NCBI GenBank assembly: GCA_021816845.1
Contig: JAKAWT010000002.1
Coordinates: 141,724-205,723 of the forward strand
DNA length: 64,000 nt
DNA from: a bacterium
Lineage (GTDB): Bacteria; Patescibacteriota; Dojkabacteria; JAKAPS01; JAJZLI01
Direction of reading: 5' to 3'
In this document: positions 1 through 9,871 of the stretch, piece by piece
Numbering within the stretch: the first letter of the stretch is position 1
Layout of the letters: the number at the start of each line of letters is the position of its first letter
The notes under the pieces: generated by a model
Database searches by the model: none
Told to the model about the DNA's origin: nothing
What the model saw: the letters and a program-made list of their open reading frames with translations, nothing else
Program-made: the position numbers and the translations under genes

Positions 1-1
1 A

Positions 2-187
2 AGTCGGGATATAGACAAAATATTTGACAGGTTTTATAGAGGAAAGAATACGAAAAACTTTGATGGTTCTGGTTTAGGACTCTCTTTAGCTAAATCAATT
101 ATTGAGAAAAATAAAGGTACAATATTAGTTGAAAGTACTGTTTCAAAAGGAACTAAGTTTGAAATCTCGTTTCCAGAGTTCAAATGA
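2..187 (+). CDS. Sensor histidine kinase, C-terminal HATPase_c fragment (5' end outside window)
   Basis: Frame 2 translation ...DGSGLGLSLAKSIIEKNKGTILVESTVSKGTKFEISFPEFK* shows the G2 box (GxGLGL) of histidine-kinase ATPase domains. Stop at 185-187. Confidence 0.6.
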   Translation, partial: SRDIDKIFDRFYRGKNTKNFDGSGLGLSLAKSIIEKNKGTILVESTVSKGTKFEISFPEFK

Positions 188-333
188 TGAAATTTCACTA
201 TAAATTAGCCTTATGAGTACTTTATTTGATCATAATATTGCCTTTGTAGTAACTTAAAATACCCTATATATATATTTATGTTTACATAATACATCTCTTT
301 ATGTATAATAATTTAGATCTGCCTTAATTTAAT

Positions 334-1713
334 TTGATTATCTTAATGTTTGATATTGATGATGTGGTTAGACCTCGGATATGGGGTCTTGATTTTAAAA
401 CTAAACTAAATATATTTGCTCAACTCTATAATTCATTACAAACATACCTTGATGATAGGTCTGTACTACTCTCTTACTATATACAAAAATCTAATAGGGT
501 CGTAACAAAAATCAACTTTATAAAGGTTAATTTGTTACAAAAGTTCTATTTTGAGAGAGGATCTTTATATAAACCTTTATTGATGTTTTCAATCTTATCT
601 ATATTCATCTTCTCATTTTTTATGTTTTTTATGATGCATATAAATGATATGAACAATAAGAGTATAGGTATTAAGAAAGCCTACGCTATAAAAGCTAATA
701 TTCAAAATAGTATTCTATCAGATGTGAGTTCAGAGACCTCAGGAAATAATTTAACTAAATCAAGCGTAAAATCTGATAATTATGCATTAATAAATCTGTA
801 TACAGTAAAAAATGGTGATACTTTGCAGTCTATAGCAAAACAATTTAATACATCAGCCAATGTTATACAATGGTCAAATAATCTAAAATCATCCTCTATT
901 TATCCTGGTCAGAAGCTTAACATAGTCCCTGTTCCAGGAAGTACATATACAGTGCAACCTGGTGATACACTCCAATCTATATCGACAAAGTTTAATGTTC
1001 CTGAGAGTAGTATTGAAAGCTGGAATACATTAAGTTCTTCCACAACTATATCAATAACTGCAGGTACAGTAATATTTATTCCTAGTCAAACATTGTCTCC
1101 TACGGTAACGACACCATCAAATGTTAATAATCTTAGTCAAAATAATACAGCGCCACAGTCTTCTACTACTACGTTGCCCCAAGCTTCAGCTACTGGTACG
1201 CAGCTAGCTCAAATATCAAGTAATGTATCTTCAAAGCAGCATATTGTAGCCACTCCAGAGGGTTATTATTATAACCAAGGTAATCCTGCTTGGGCTAATA
1301 TAGATGTAGGTTACAGTGGCTATACTATTGGAGAAGTTGGATGTTTAATAACGGCTGTAGCTATGGATGCCAAATATTATGGTTATAATGTTACTCCAGC
1401 TACAATAGCAGAAAATCCATCTAATTTTGAGGGGCCATTATATAACTGGAATGGTCTTGGAATCTTCAATGTTACACCTCTTGGAAGCTTATTTGGAGGT
1501 TATGTAAACTGGGGAGAGATAAATGCTCAACTTAGTCAAGGTCACCCTGTCGTTGTATCAGTCGGATATGGCTATCACTATGTGTTATTGACTCAGGTTC
1601 TATCTAATGGAGAATATTTAATGAATGATCCTGCTCTAGGACCAAATTTGATTTTTAACCAACACTATTCCATATCATCTGTGACTCAAGCCGTATTATT
1701 CACCCCTAACTAA
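334..1713 (+). CDS. Membrane-anchored cell-wall-binding protein with two LysM domains and a C-terminal papain-like (C39-like) cysteine peptidase domain
   Basis: Two LysM repeats (YTVKNGDTLQSIAKQFN..., YTVQPGDTLQSISTKFN...). Hydrophobic anchor LLMFSILSIFIFSFFMFFMM; a possible later start is ATG 584. C-terminal region has Cys (EVGCLITAVAM) and His (GYHYVLLTQV) arranged as in C39-like peptidases. Thr/Ser/Pro-rich linker. Confidence 0.6.
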   Translation: MIILMFDIDDVVRPRIWGLDFKTKLNIFAQLYNSLQTYLDDRSVLLSYYIQKSNRVVTKINFIKVNLLQKFYFERGSLYKPLLMFSILSIFIFSFFMFFMMHINDMNNKSIGIKKAYAIKANIQNSILSDVSSETSGNNLTKSSVKSDNYALINLYTVKNGDTLQSIAKQFNTSANVIQWSNNLKSSSIYPGQKLNIVPVPGSTYTVQPGDTLQSISTKFNVPESSIESWNTLSSSTTISITAGTVIFIPSQTLSPTVTTPSNVNNLSQNNTAPQSSTTTLPQASATGTQLAQISSNVSSKQHIVATPEGYYYNQGNPAWANIDVGYSGYTIGEVGCLITAVAMDAKYYGYNVTPATIAENPSNFEGPLYNWNGLGIFNVTPLGSLFGGYVNWGEINAQLSQGHPVVVSVGYGYHYVLLTQVLSNGEYLMNDPALGPNLIFNQHYSISSVTQAVLFTPN

Positions 1714-1770
1714 ATTGTAATGTTGTTCCTGAGGTATTGTATATAGTATAATCCTATATTATCTATATTA

Positions 1771-3114
1771 GTGTTTATTATGGAGGAAGAAAAGATAATA
1801 TATGAAGGACATACTGAACGATTAGATGTACCAAGAGATTTTAAGTTTGGTGCTGGGGTTTCTGGTATGCAAGTAGAAGGTGATGATTATAATAGCGACT
1901 GGTCTGATAATTCCCCATTTGGGAGAACTGCACAAAAAAGGGCTAGAGATGCTTCTCAAAGTACAGATCACGGTAATAATGCAGGAAGAGAATTACCTCA
2001 AGAGCTATGGGATAGGATAAAATCTAAAGCTAAAGATCCAGATAATTATGTAAGAGGAAAGTCTATTGGCTGGGAAGACGATGGTTATAAAGAAGATTTA
2101 GATATAGCTCAAGATCTAGGTTTATCTATGGTGCGTACATCTATAGAACGTTCAAGGTTAGAGCCTGTAGAGGGTGAGTTTGATCCAAAAGCTATCCTTC
2201 ATTATAGACAGTTTATAGAGGATTGTAGAGAAAGAGGGATTGAACCTGTGATAACTTTATTTCATTTTGCAAATCCCTTATGGTTATCAAAAAAAGGAGG
2301 ATTTGAATCTCAAGAAGTGGCTCAGAATTTTGCAAATTATGTAGAAAAGTTATTACAAGAATTAGATAGAGATATAAAACATATTATTATACTTAACGAA
2401 CCTGAAATGTATGTATTTATGGGATATCTATACGGGGGTTGGCCACCAGAAAAGAAAAATAGTCTTATTACTGCACTCAAAGTTAGAAGAAATTTAATCG
2501 AAGCACATAAGAGATCCTATCAAAAAATTAAATCATATGAAGATTCCATAGAAGTTTCAACATCTGTGAACCTTGTCGATGTGGAACCTAAATCTAGAAA
2601 TATACAGGATAGATTAGGTGCAAAGTTATTCAGTAGGTTAAATAATACTTTTCTGCCTAAAATCAAGGGAGATATTGATTTTATAGCCCTAAATCATTAT
2701 ATGCATAATGTTAAAAAGGGTTTAGATCCACGTAGTGGTAATTTCCAAAACGAGGATAGTGAACCAATATCAGATTTAGGCTGGTATATAAATCCAGAAA
2801 GTATTTACAACATTATTATGTCTCTAAAAAAATATGATTTACCTATAATGGTTAGTGAGAATGGTCTTGCAGATTCAGAGGATAGGTTAAGACCTTGGTT
2901 TTTAAAAGAAAGTATTTATCAAGTAATGAGAGCTATACATGAAGGAGCCGATGTTAGGTCATATCTCCATTGGTCACTAGTAGATAATATTGAACTACAT
3001 GAAGGTAAATGGCCTAGGTTTGGTCTTATTGGCGTTGATTATGATACAGGAGAGAGAACTATAAGATGGAGTGCTAGAGAATATAAAAGAATAATAGCAT
3101 TAAGAAAAGTTTAA
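1771..3114 (+). CDS. Glycoside hydrolase family 1 (beta-glucosidase-like)
   Basis: N-terminal FKFGAGVSGMQVEG (GH1 FxxGxAxxxxQxEG), acid/base TLNEP-like IILNEPEMY, nucleophile motif VSENG (I/VTENG). About 70 aa insertion after the N-terminal motif. Confidence 0.75.
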   Translation: MFIMEEEKIIYEGHTERLDVPRDFKFGAGVSGMQVEGDDYNSDWSDNSPFGRTAQKRARDASQSTDHGNNAGRELPQELWDRIKSKAKDPDNYVRGKSIGWEDDGYKEDLDIAQDLGLSMVRTSIERSRLEPVEGEFDPKAILHYRQFIEDCRERGIEPVITLFHFANPLWLSKKGGFESQEVAQNFANYVEKLLQELDRDIKHIIILNEPEMYVFMGYLYGGWPPEKKNSLITALKVRRNLIEAHKRSYQKIKSYEDSIEVSTSVNLVDVEPKSRNIQDRLGAKLFSRLNNTFLPKIKGDIDFIALNHYMHNVKKGLDPRSGNFQNEDSEPISDLGWYINPESIYNIIMSLKKYDLPIMVSENGLADSEDRLRPWFLKESIYQVMRAIHEGADVRSYLHWSLVDNIELHEGKWPRFGLIGVDYDTGERTIRWSAREYKRIIALRKV

Positions 3115-4776
3115 TTACATTTTATCTACTGTTTTTATACCCAAAAGTTCTAACCCTTCTTTTATCGTATCCATAGTCTTTTTAGTAAGCATAAGTCTTG
3201 AATTTTTAACTTCTTCCTTCTCTTTTAGTATATTATATTTTTGATATATACCATTGTACAATCTTGCTATATCAAGTAAATATTCTGCAAGTATGTTAGG
3301 TGATAATTTAGCATCCTCTATAATATTGTTAAAATGGTATAACTTTCTGAGCAAAAGAATTTCTTCTTGTTCATTGAATATCAAATTATCTTCCTTTGAT
3401 GTTATCCCTCTAGTGAGGCTTTTACACCTTACATAGGTATACTGGAGGTATACAGATGTATTACCATTAAAATCAAGTAAAGTTTTCCAATTAAATTCAG
3501 TATCTTTAGAGTAATGTTTTTTTAGAATATTAAATTTAATAGCTCCCACAGCTATATTCTCAATGACACTTTTGTCATTTATTCCTCTTTTTACCATTAT
3601 ACTCTGTGTCTCTTTTTCGACCTCTTTTATTACTTCCTCTACAGTTATAATATTCCCTTTTCTAGTAGATAATTTTTCTTTATTTTGTAATTTTACGAAC
3701 CCATTGAATATAAGATATATTTTCGCTTCTTTCGTATACCCAAGCATTGTTGTTGCTTTTACCATCTGTTCAATTGCATGTTTCTGCTCCACTCCTATCT
3801 CATAAATTATAATATCCTTCCCCATATTCTCACATCTATATTTTAATGCAGCAATATCTCTTGTTGAATACAAAGTTGTACCATCAGATTTTTGTATTAG
3901 TAAAGGAACTTTTTCTCCAGTATCTATAACTACACTTCCATCTTTATCTCTTTTTGCAATTTTTCTTTTAAGTGCATCTTTTATAATTTTTTTTGAAGAA
4001 GCTTCATAAAAACTTTCGCCATGCTGATTCACGAATTTTATATCAAGTATTTTATATATTCTCTCGAGTTCTTTAATACTCCAAGATTTATAATCATCCC
4101 AAAGTTTCACTAATTTAGGATCACCTTCCTGCAATCTTTTAAAATATACTTTTCCCTTATCTTTTAGTTCATTATCATCTTCCTCTTCCTTATGGAATCT
4201 AATATACAGTTTTAAAAGTTCTTCACTTTTATTTTTCTCTATTTTTTTACTATCTCCCCAACTTTCTACAGCATACAATAATTTTCCAAATTGTGTTCCC
4301 CAATCTCCTAAATGGTTCTCATTAACAGTATCATAATTTAGATATTTATATATTCTATATATTGAATCCCCCACTATTGTAGATACCAAATTCCCTATAT
4401 GTAGTGGTTTTGCAACATTTGGTGACGAATATTCAACAATAACCTTCTCGTTTTTTTTCTCTATGATTCCTTTTGTAAAAAGATTTTTTATCAATGTATC
4501 TTTAGGTATCCATATATTTATGAATCCATCTTTAACTGTGCACTCAAAACCTTCCAAATATGATTTTATATTTTCTGCAATTGTATTTGGATTTTCATTA
4601 AGTTTCTTTGCAAGTATAAGTGCTATATTTGTAGAATAATCACCATGGCTTTGCGCTGGTACAGTTATTTTTGGTATAAATGAAGGTACCAAAGTATCTA
4701 TGTTATATTGACTCTTTAGTATATAAATTAGTTTATTTTTAATCTCTTCTTTCATTAATATAGAATCCTTTAACAA
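3115..4776 (-). CDS. argS: Arginyl-tRNA synthetase
   Basis: Class I HIGH motif (PLHIGNLVSTIVGD). ArgRS N-terminal add-on domain and C-terminal DALR-like anticodon-binding region. 553 aa. Confidence 0.9.
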   Translation of the reverse strand: MLKDSILMKEEIKNKLIYILKSQYNIDTLVPSFIPKITVPAQSHGDYSTNIALILAKKLNENPNTIAENIKSYLEGFECTVKDGFINIWIPKDTLIKNLFTKGIIEKKNEKVIVEYSSPNVAKPLHIGNLVSTIVGDSIYRIYKYLNYDTVNENHLGDWGTQFGKLLYAVESWGDSKKIEKNKSEELLKLYIRFHKEEEDDNELKDKGKVYFKRLQEGDPKLVKLWDDYKSWSIKELERIYKILDIKFVNQHGESFYEASSKKIIKDALKRKIAKRDKDGSVVIDTGEKVPLLIQKSDGTTLYSTRDIAALKYRCENMGKDIIIYEIGVEQKHAIEQMVKATTMLGYTKEAKIYLIFNGFVKLQNKEKLSTRKGNIITVEEVIKEVEKETQSIMVKRGINDKSVIENIAVGAIKFNILKKHYSKDTEFNWKTLLDFNGNTSVYLQYTYVRCKSLTRGITSKEDNLIFNEQEEILLLRKLYHFNNIIEDAKLSPNILAEYLLDIARLYNGIYQKYNILKEKEEVKNSRLMLTKKTMDTIKEGLELLGIKTVDKM

Positions 4777-4923
4777 ATTTTAACACACACACAGTATTTT
4801 TTATATGTTTTTGACTACATTTTTCATTTAACTTATAATATTATTAATCCCCCATTGATGTAATTTAGATTATTTTGGAGTTCTACTATTACTGGAGAAC
4901 AAATAGAAATACAACATGATTTT

Positions 4924-6723
4924 GTGAAGGAAGATTTTGTACAGATGGAATTTCCTTTTGGTTATGAGATTCCTTATTTTGTTGAAGAATTTAGTGAAGA
5001 GGAAAAAAATATATTACGACCATTTTTTTCTAATTTAACTGAACCAATATATATAATGCATAATTTACCAGAAGAGATAATTGGGGCTTTATCATCAAGA
5101 TATTCTAGATCTACAAAATCTCTAAGAAGGCTTTTTCTTGATGAATATATAAGTCCAATATTGCATCCAGAGGATACTCCAGAGTGGGCTCACGAAAATA
5201 GTCTAGAGAAAAAATCACGTATTGATGTTAAGGATAATCTTTCTAAACTAATTGAATTTTTAAATTTAAGAGGTGATTTAGATAGCGTTTTAAATGTGAA
5301 AAAGGGTAGAGAATTTTTTGAAAAATGGCTAGCATTATATGGAGATGATTCTATTGCTGAGATGGGGAATCTTCATATATGTATAGAAGGTGTTTCTAAT
5401 GTAGCAACCAATGTTATTGAATCACAAAGAGTGGGAGTATCTCCGATTGAGAAATCTTCAAGATACGTGTCTTTTGGAGATCAAAGAAAAGATTCTAAAT
5501 ACCAATATGTTGTACCTGATATTATAGATGTAGGATTAAAGCAGGAGTATATAGAGGTTATGGATGAATTATTTGGACTATATTCTACATTATCACCACT
5601 ATACCTTGAATATATTAAAGATAAATATCCCAAAGGAAGTGATGAGACTGATAGTTCTTTTAATTCGTCACGCTCATCCAAAAGGTTTGATGATTTAAGA
5701 GATATACTTCCCTTTTCTACCCAAACATCATTGGCAATAAACTGCAATGGTAGAGCTTTAGAAGGCTTAATTAACAAGATGTTAGCATCAGAAAATCTTG
5801 AGGTTATTACAATAGCAGATAAAATGATACAAGAAGTTTCAAAAGTAGCTCCTTCATTTTTAAAAAGGGTTAAAACTACAAGAGGAGAAGAAGTACAATA
5901 TTATAGAAGAGATTTAAGATCTCTTAGTAGGGGGTCTCTTAGTAGCTTATTTCAATATAGCAGTGAATCTAGAAAAAAACCTGACAATTTTGTAACATTT
6001 ATTGATTCGACTAATAATGCTGAGAGAAAAGTCCTAGCATCTTATCTTTATGGTGATAATATTGTTGGTGCTTCTTATGGAGATATTATTAGAAAAGTTA
6101 ATAAATTATCTGATAATGAAGTATCCAAAATTTTTAAGACATTATTTGATAAAAGAGAACGATTTGATAGATTAAACAATGGTGATAAGATCAAACGCGA
6201 AGTTGTAAGGTTTCGAAAAGTACCTAGAGCCTTTGAAGTGGCATCCTATGCTTTTAGTGTGATAGCAAGGGGTGGAGATTTCAGAGATTTACATAGACAC
6301 AGACAATTAACATCACAAAGGAGTATTTTTACAACATCTCTTGGTTATGACTTTGATCAAGATGTTATAGAATCTCCTTTTTTTGAAGATATAAAAAGAG
6401 TCTTTTCTAAAGTTGATAGTCTATGTAAAAAATTGTATCAAGAATCTCCCGAATCTTCTCAATATGCTGTTCCATATGGTTATATGCAAGAATGGTATAT
6501 AAATGCTACAGCAAGAGAAATATTTTGGATGGTTGAGCTTCGAACTGGTCCTCAAGGGAGACCACATTATAGAAAGATAATGCAACAGATGGCAAAGATT
6601 GTTAAAGATAGAGATCCTTCCCTATTTTCAGGGTTACACTGTGATTTCTCAGATTACCATATTGCAAGAAGAGAATCCGAAATAAAGATTGAGAACAAAA
6701 TGAAAAAGATTAAAAGAAAATAA
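4924..6723 (+). CDS. thyX: Flavin-dependent thymidylate synthase (ThyX) family protein, unusually long (599 aa) with N-terminal extension
   Basis: C-terminal about 220 aa carry the ThyX signature FEVASYAFSVIARGGDFRDLHRHRQLTSQRS (RHRx6-7S). The N-terminal about 380 aa have only a degenerate ThyX-like stretch (ALSSRYSRS). GTG start at 4924; alternative ATG at 4945. Confidence 0.65.
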   Translation: MKEDFVQMEFPFGYEIPYFVEEFSEEEKNILRPFFSNLTEPIYIMHNLPEEIIGALSSRYSRSTKSLRRLFLDEYISPILHPEDTPEWAHENSLEKKSRIDVKDNLSKLIEFLNLRGDLDSVLNVKKGREFFEKWLALYGDDSIAEMGNLHICIEGVSNVATNVIESQRVGVSPIEKSSRYVSFGDQRKDSKYQYVVPDIIDVGLKQEYIEVMDELFGLYSTLSPLYLEYIKDKYPKGSDETDSSFNSSRSSKRFDDLRDILPFSTQTSLAINCNGRALEGLINKMLASENLEVITIADKMIQEVSKVAPSFLKRVKTTRGEEVQYYRRDLRSLSRGSLSSLFQYSSESRKKPDNFVTFIDSTNNAERKVLASYLYGDNIVGASYGDIIRKVNKLSDNEVSKIFKTLFDKRERFDRLNNGDKIKREVVRFRKVPRAFEVASYAFSVIARGGDFRDLHRHRQLTSQRSIFTTSLGYDFDQDVIESPFFEDIKRVFSKVDSLCKKLYQESPESSQYAVPYGYMQEWYINATAREIFWMVELRTGPQGRPHYRKIMQQMAKIVKDRDPSLFSGLHCDFSDYHIARRESEIKIENKMKKIKRK

Positions 6724-7401
6724 TTACTTTTGAGTTTTATTTTGCATCATTTGTCTTCCAATAAATGCAATAACTAAAAGTCCCAATATTACAAGTATTA
6801 TATCTTCAGTTGTAGAAGAGTTATTTTTTGTAGTAGTTTTAGCTGGGGCGATGTTTTTTTGTAAAGAATTTGTTGGAGTTGCTATCACCCACCCAACCAT
6901 TGATACTGGATTCTGATGTGTTAGGGTGGTTCCTATTATCGTTGCTAAAACTGGGTTTTGAACAACTTTTAGTGGAGTTGTTGGAGTCACATTATAATAA
7001 ACACTCTTTGAATCTATATTACTATTTTTTACTGATATTGTTAGAGGTTTTTTGAATGCACCTATTAGTTCTCCGTTGGATGAGCTAGTCACTTTGAATG
7101 CAAAATTTGTAACTAAAGTATTTCCTTTTGGTAATAATTTACTAAAAGTATTATCCATACCCATTAATAATTCAAATTTTGCATTCTCTCCAAATGCTCC
7201 AACTGGGATTGTTACTGTTATTCCATCAGATGTAAATGTATAACTTTTAGCATTATTAACATTTACAGTTTTTAAAACATTTGGGAAACCGAGTTTAGAA
7301 AAATTTGGAATTACTGTAGTCGCAGCAAATGCAGTTGATGTGAAAAAATATGAAACTGCAAACAAACTTGTAAAAAATACAGATAATTTAATTCTCTTCA
7401 T
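6724..7401 (-). CDS. Secreted/tail-anchored hypothetical protein (signal peptide plus C-terminal TM plus basic tail)
   Basis: N-terminal signal peptide MKRIKLSVFFTSLFAVSYFFTSTAFA. Ser/Thr-rich region, C-terminal TM ILVILGLLVIAFIG followed by RQMMQNKTQK. Confidence 0.5.
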   Translation of the reverse strand: MKRIKLSVFFTSLFAVSYFFTSTAFAATTVIPNFSKLGFPNVLKTVNVNNAKSYTFTSDGITVTIPVGAFGENAKFELLMGMDNTFSKLLPKGNTLVTNFAFKVTSSSNGELIGAFKKPLTISVKNSNIDSKSVYYNVTPTTPLKVVQNPVLATIIGTTLTHQNPVSMVGWVIATPTNSLQKNIAPAKTTTKNNSSTTEDIILVILGLLVIAFIGRQMMQNKTQK

Positions 7402-7494
7402 AATTCTTACTTTGTTAAATGATTCTGTACTATTTTAACATCAATGATCAGTTATATCAACAATATTTGAGTTTTGCAGTATACAATGGTATAA

Positions 7495-8355
7495 ATGCAC
7501 AATATGGAATTTCAACATAATGAAATGTTAGAGGAATATGGTAATTTCAAGGTATCTGTTATAGATGGTATTGATGGATCAGGAAAAGGTTCTGCAACAG
7601 AGGAAATGGCAGAGATAATTTCAGGTTTAGGATATAACGTATTAACTGTAGACTATCCCCAGTATGATGCCTTGTGGGGTCAAATAATACAGAAACTTCT
7701 TGATACTGATGATCCAACTATTGACATATACCAAAGAATGGCTATATATGCTCTAAATAGATTAGAAAGTGTACCTTCTCTAAAAGCACAAATGAAAGAT
7801 ATAGGCTCTTTTTATAATACTACATATGTACTTTTTGATAGATTCATAACATCCAATGCTATGACATGTGCATATTACTCAAAAAAAGACCCAAAAATAT
7901 TAGATGATATTGAATCATTATATAAGTTCATGTTTGATTTAGATTCTACTTTTCTATCCATCCTCCATATTCCTGATTTTCATGTTGTTGTTCCTACAAT
8001 TGATCATGGAAAGGCTATGCAGGCTGTGGAGAAAGATACTCAAAGGAGTGGGACTGATTTGTATGAACAAGTGGATATTTTAAAATTGGGTAATAGGATA
8101 TATCATGAATTTGCTGTACTTGATCCACGGAGATTTACTCTTTTAAATCAAGATTCTTCATATGGTAGAAGAATGTCGAGAGATAGGATAGCACGTGAGA
8201 TTATTAAGATCCAATTCGGTGAGATAGCAGAATATGGGGATAGGAAAGGGAGAGTTTATAGATTCCAATTTGACCAATCTAAAGTAGATACCTCTTTATT
8301 TAAACCTATATTAGATAGATTCCCTTCATTAAGATTACTGAATCCATATAAATAG
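7495..8355 (+). CDS. tmk: Thymidylate kinase-like P-loop nucleoside/nucleotide kinase
   Basis: P-loop IDGIDGSGKGS and a DRFITSN motif resembling the Tmk DRYxxS motif. Directly downstream of thyX. Longer (286 aa) than typical Tmk. Confidence 0.55.
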   Translation: MHNMEFQHNEMLEEYGNFKVSVIDGIDGSGKGSATEEMAEIISGLGYNVLTVDYPQYDALWGQIIQKLLDTDDPTIDIYQRMAIYALNRLESVPSLKAQMKDIGSFYNTTYVLFDRFITSNAMTCAYYSKKDPKILDDIESLYKFMFDLDSTFLSILHIPDFHVVVPTIDHGKAMQAVEKDTQRSGTDLYEQVDILKLGNRIYHEFAVLDPRRFTLLNQDSSYGRRMSRDRIAREIIKIQFGEIAEYGDRKGRVYRFQFDQSKVDTSLFKPILDRFPSLRLLNPYK

Positions 8356-8370
8356 ATTTATATTTAATAT

Positions 8371-9765
8371 TTGAATTTAAAAATTTTTTTATATAATATA
8401 TGTTTTATGGATGAATCAATTTTTAAAGCTTACGATATACGAGGTATTTACAAAGATCAGATAAATGAAGATATCGTTTCAAGAATAGGTTATTTCTTCG
8501 TAAAATATGGTAATTTAAAGAATATATGTGTTGGTAGAGACATAAGATCGTCTTCTCCATCACTATTTCAGAGTTTTATAAAAGGTGCTATTTCTGCAGG
8601 AGCTCAAGTTACAGATATAGGTATCATATCTACAGACATGATGTACTTTGCTGCAGGATATTACAAATTTGATGGGGGTGCTCAAATTACTGCGTCTCAC
8701 AACCCAAAAGAATATAATGGTGTCAAATTAGTACTAAAAAATGTAGATCCTATATCTGGAGATAACGGTATGTATGAATTACGTGATATGGTAAAAGATA
8801 GTTTTCTTCATGATATAGGTTATGTAGATACTATAGAAACAACAAAAATAGATATACTTAACGATTATGTTGATCATGTACTATCCTTTGTAGACAAAGA
8901 TAAACTAAATGGCTTGAAAGTAGTCGTAGATGCAGGTAATGGTGTGGCTGGATATGTAGTGGATGCTATATTTAAAAGATTGAATTGTGAGCTCATCAGT
9001 ATGTATTTTGAACCTGATGAAAATTTCCCCAATCACCCCGCTAATCCTATGGAAGAAGCTAATCTTAAGGATATAGAAGATAAAGTTATTGAGGTGCATG
9101 CAGATTTGGGGATAGCCTTTGATGGAGATGCTGATAGATGCGGTTTTGTTGATAACAATGGTGTTTCATCAACGGGTTATTTTATAACAGCCCTACTCTC
9201 GAAAAATATATTAATTAAAAATAAAGGAGCTAAAATAATACATGATCCAAGACAGATTTGGGCTATAGATGACACTGTAAAAGAGATGGGAGGTATACCA
9301 ATTATATCTAAAGCAGGGCATTCATTTATTGCAGCTAGAATGAAAAAAGAAGATGCTATATTTGCAGGTGAAATAAGCTCTCATTTCTATTTTAGAGATA
9401 ACTTTTATTCAGATAATGGAATGATTCCTATGCTTATGATGATGGAACTTCTGAAGGCTCAGCATACTTCTTTCTCTTCTCTACTCTCGTACTACAGATC
9501 AAAATATTTCACATCTCCAGAGATAAATTATGATGTCCAAGATACAGATAGTGTACTTAATAGTGTAGAAAAGAAATATTCAGATAATGGTGACTGTAAA
9601 ATCTCACATATTGACGGTTTGTCAGTAGATTTTAGTGATTGGAGATTTAATTTAAGAGGTTCTAATACTGAACCACTTGTTAGGCTTAATTTAGAGGCAA
9701 AATCTAAGGATCTTCTAGATTCACATCTTAAAGAAGTAGAAAATTTTATTAAAGAAGATATTTAA
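8371..9765 (+). CDS. Phosphoglucomutase/phosphomannomutase (alpha-D-phosphohexomutase)
   Basis: Active-site TASHNPKEYNGVK (phosphoserine loop), metal-binding DGDADR, four-domain length. Probable true start ATG 8407 (MDESIFKAYDIRG). Confidence 0.85.
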   Translation: MNLKIFLYNICFMDESIFKAYDIRGIYKDQINEDIVSRIGYFFVKYGNLKNICVGRDIRSSSPSLFQSFIKGAISAGAQVTDIGIISTDMMYFAAGYYKFDGGAQITASHNPKEYNGVKLVLKNVDPISGDNGMYELRDMVKDSFLHDIGYVDTIETTKIDILNDYVDHVLSFVDKDKLNGLKVVVDAGNGVAGYVVDAIFKRLNCELISMYFEPDENFPNHPANPMEEANLKDIEDKVIEVHADLGIAFDGDADRCGFVDNNGVSSTGYFITALLSKNILIKNKGAKIIHDPRQIWAIDDTVKEMGGIPIISKAGHSFIAARMKKEDAIFAGEISSHFYFRDNFYSDNGMIPMLMMMELLKAQHTSFSSLLSYYRSKYFTSPEINYDVQDTDSVLNSVEKKYSDNGDCKISHIDGLSVDFSDWRFNLRGSNTEPLVRLNLEAKSKDLLDSHLKEVENFIKEDI

Positions 9766-9871
9766 TAAATGTCCTTTTAGTGAGTCATTTGTTTCCCAGT
9801 GATTAACCTATAGTTTCAAGGTAAATACTATAGGTATTGATATGTATTGTCATTTAATATAAATTATTATT

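Noticed and set aside
3254-3805. Antisense ORFs 3254..3436 and 3563..3805 inside argS
   Set aside because: They lie on the opposite strand of a strongly supported ArgRS gene. Their translations are low-complexity and hydrophobic, typical of AT-rich antisense frames.
5481-5777. Antisense 98-aa ORF inside thyX
   Set aside because: It is embedded in a well-supported coding region and has no motifs, so it is a spurious frame.
6870-7243. Two plus-strand ORFs (61 and 63 aa) overlapping the secreted-protein gene on the minus strand
   Set aside because: Both are short and fully nested antisense; no independent support.
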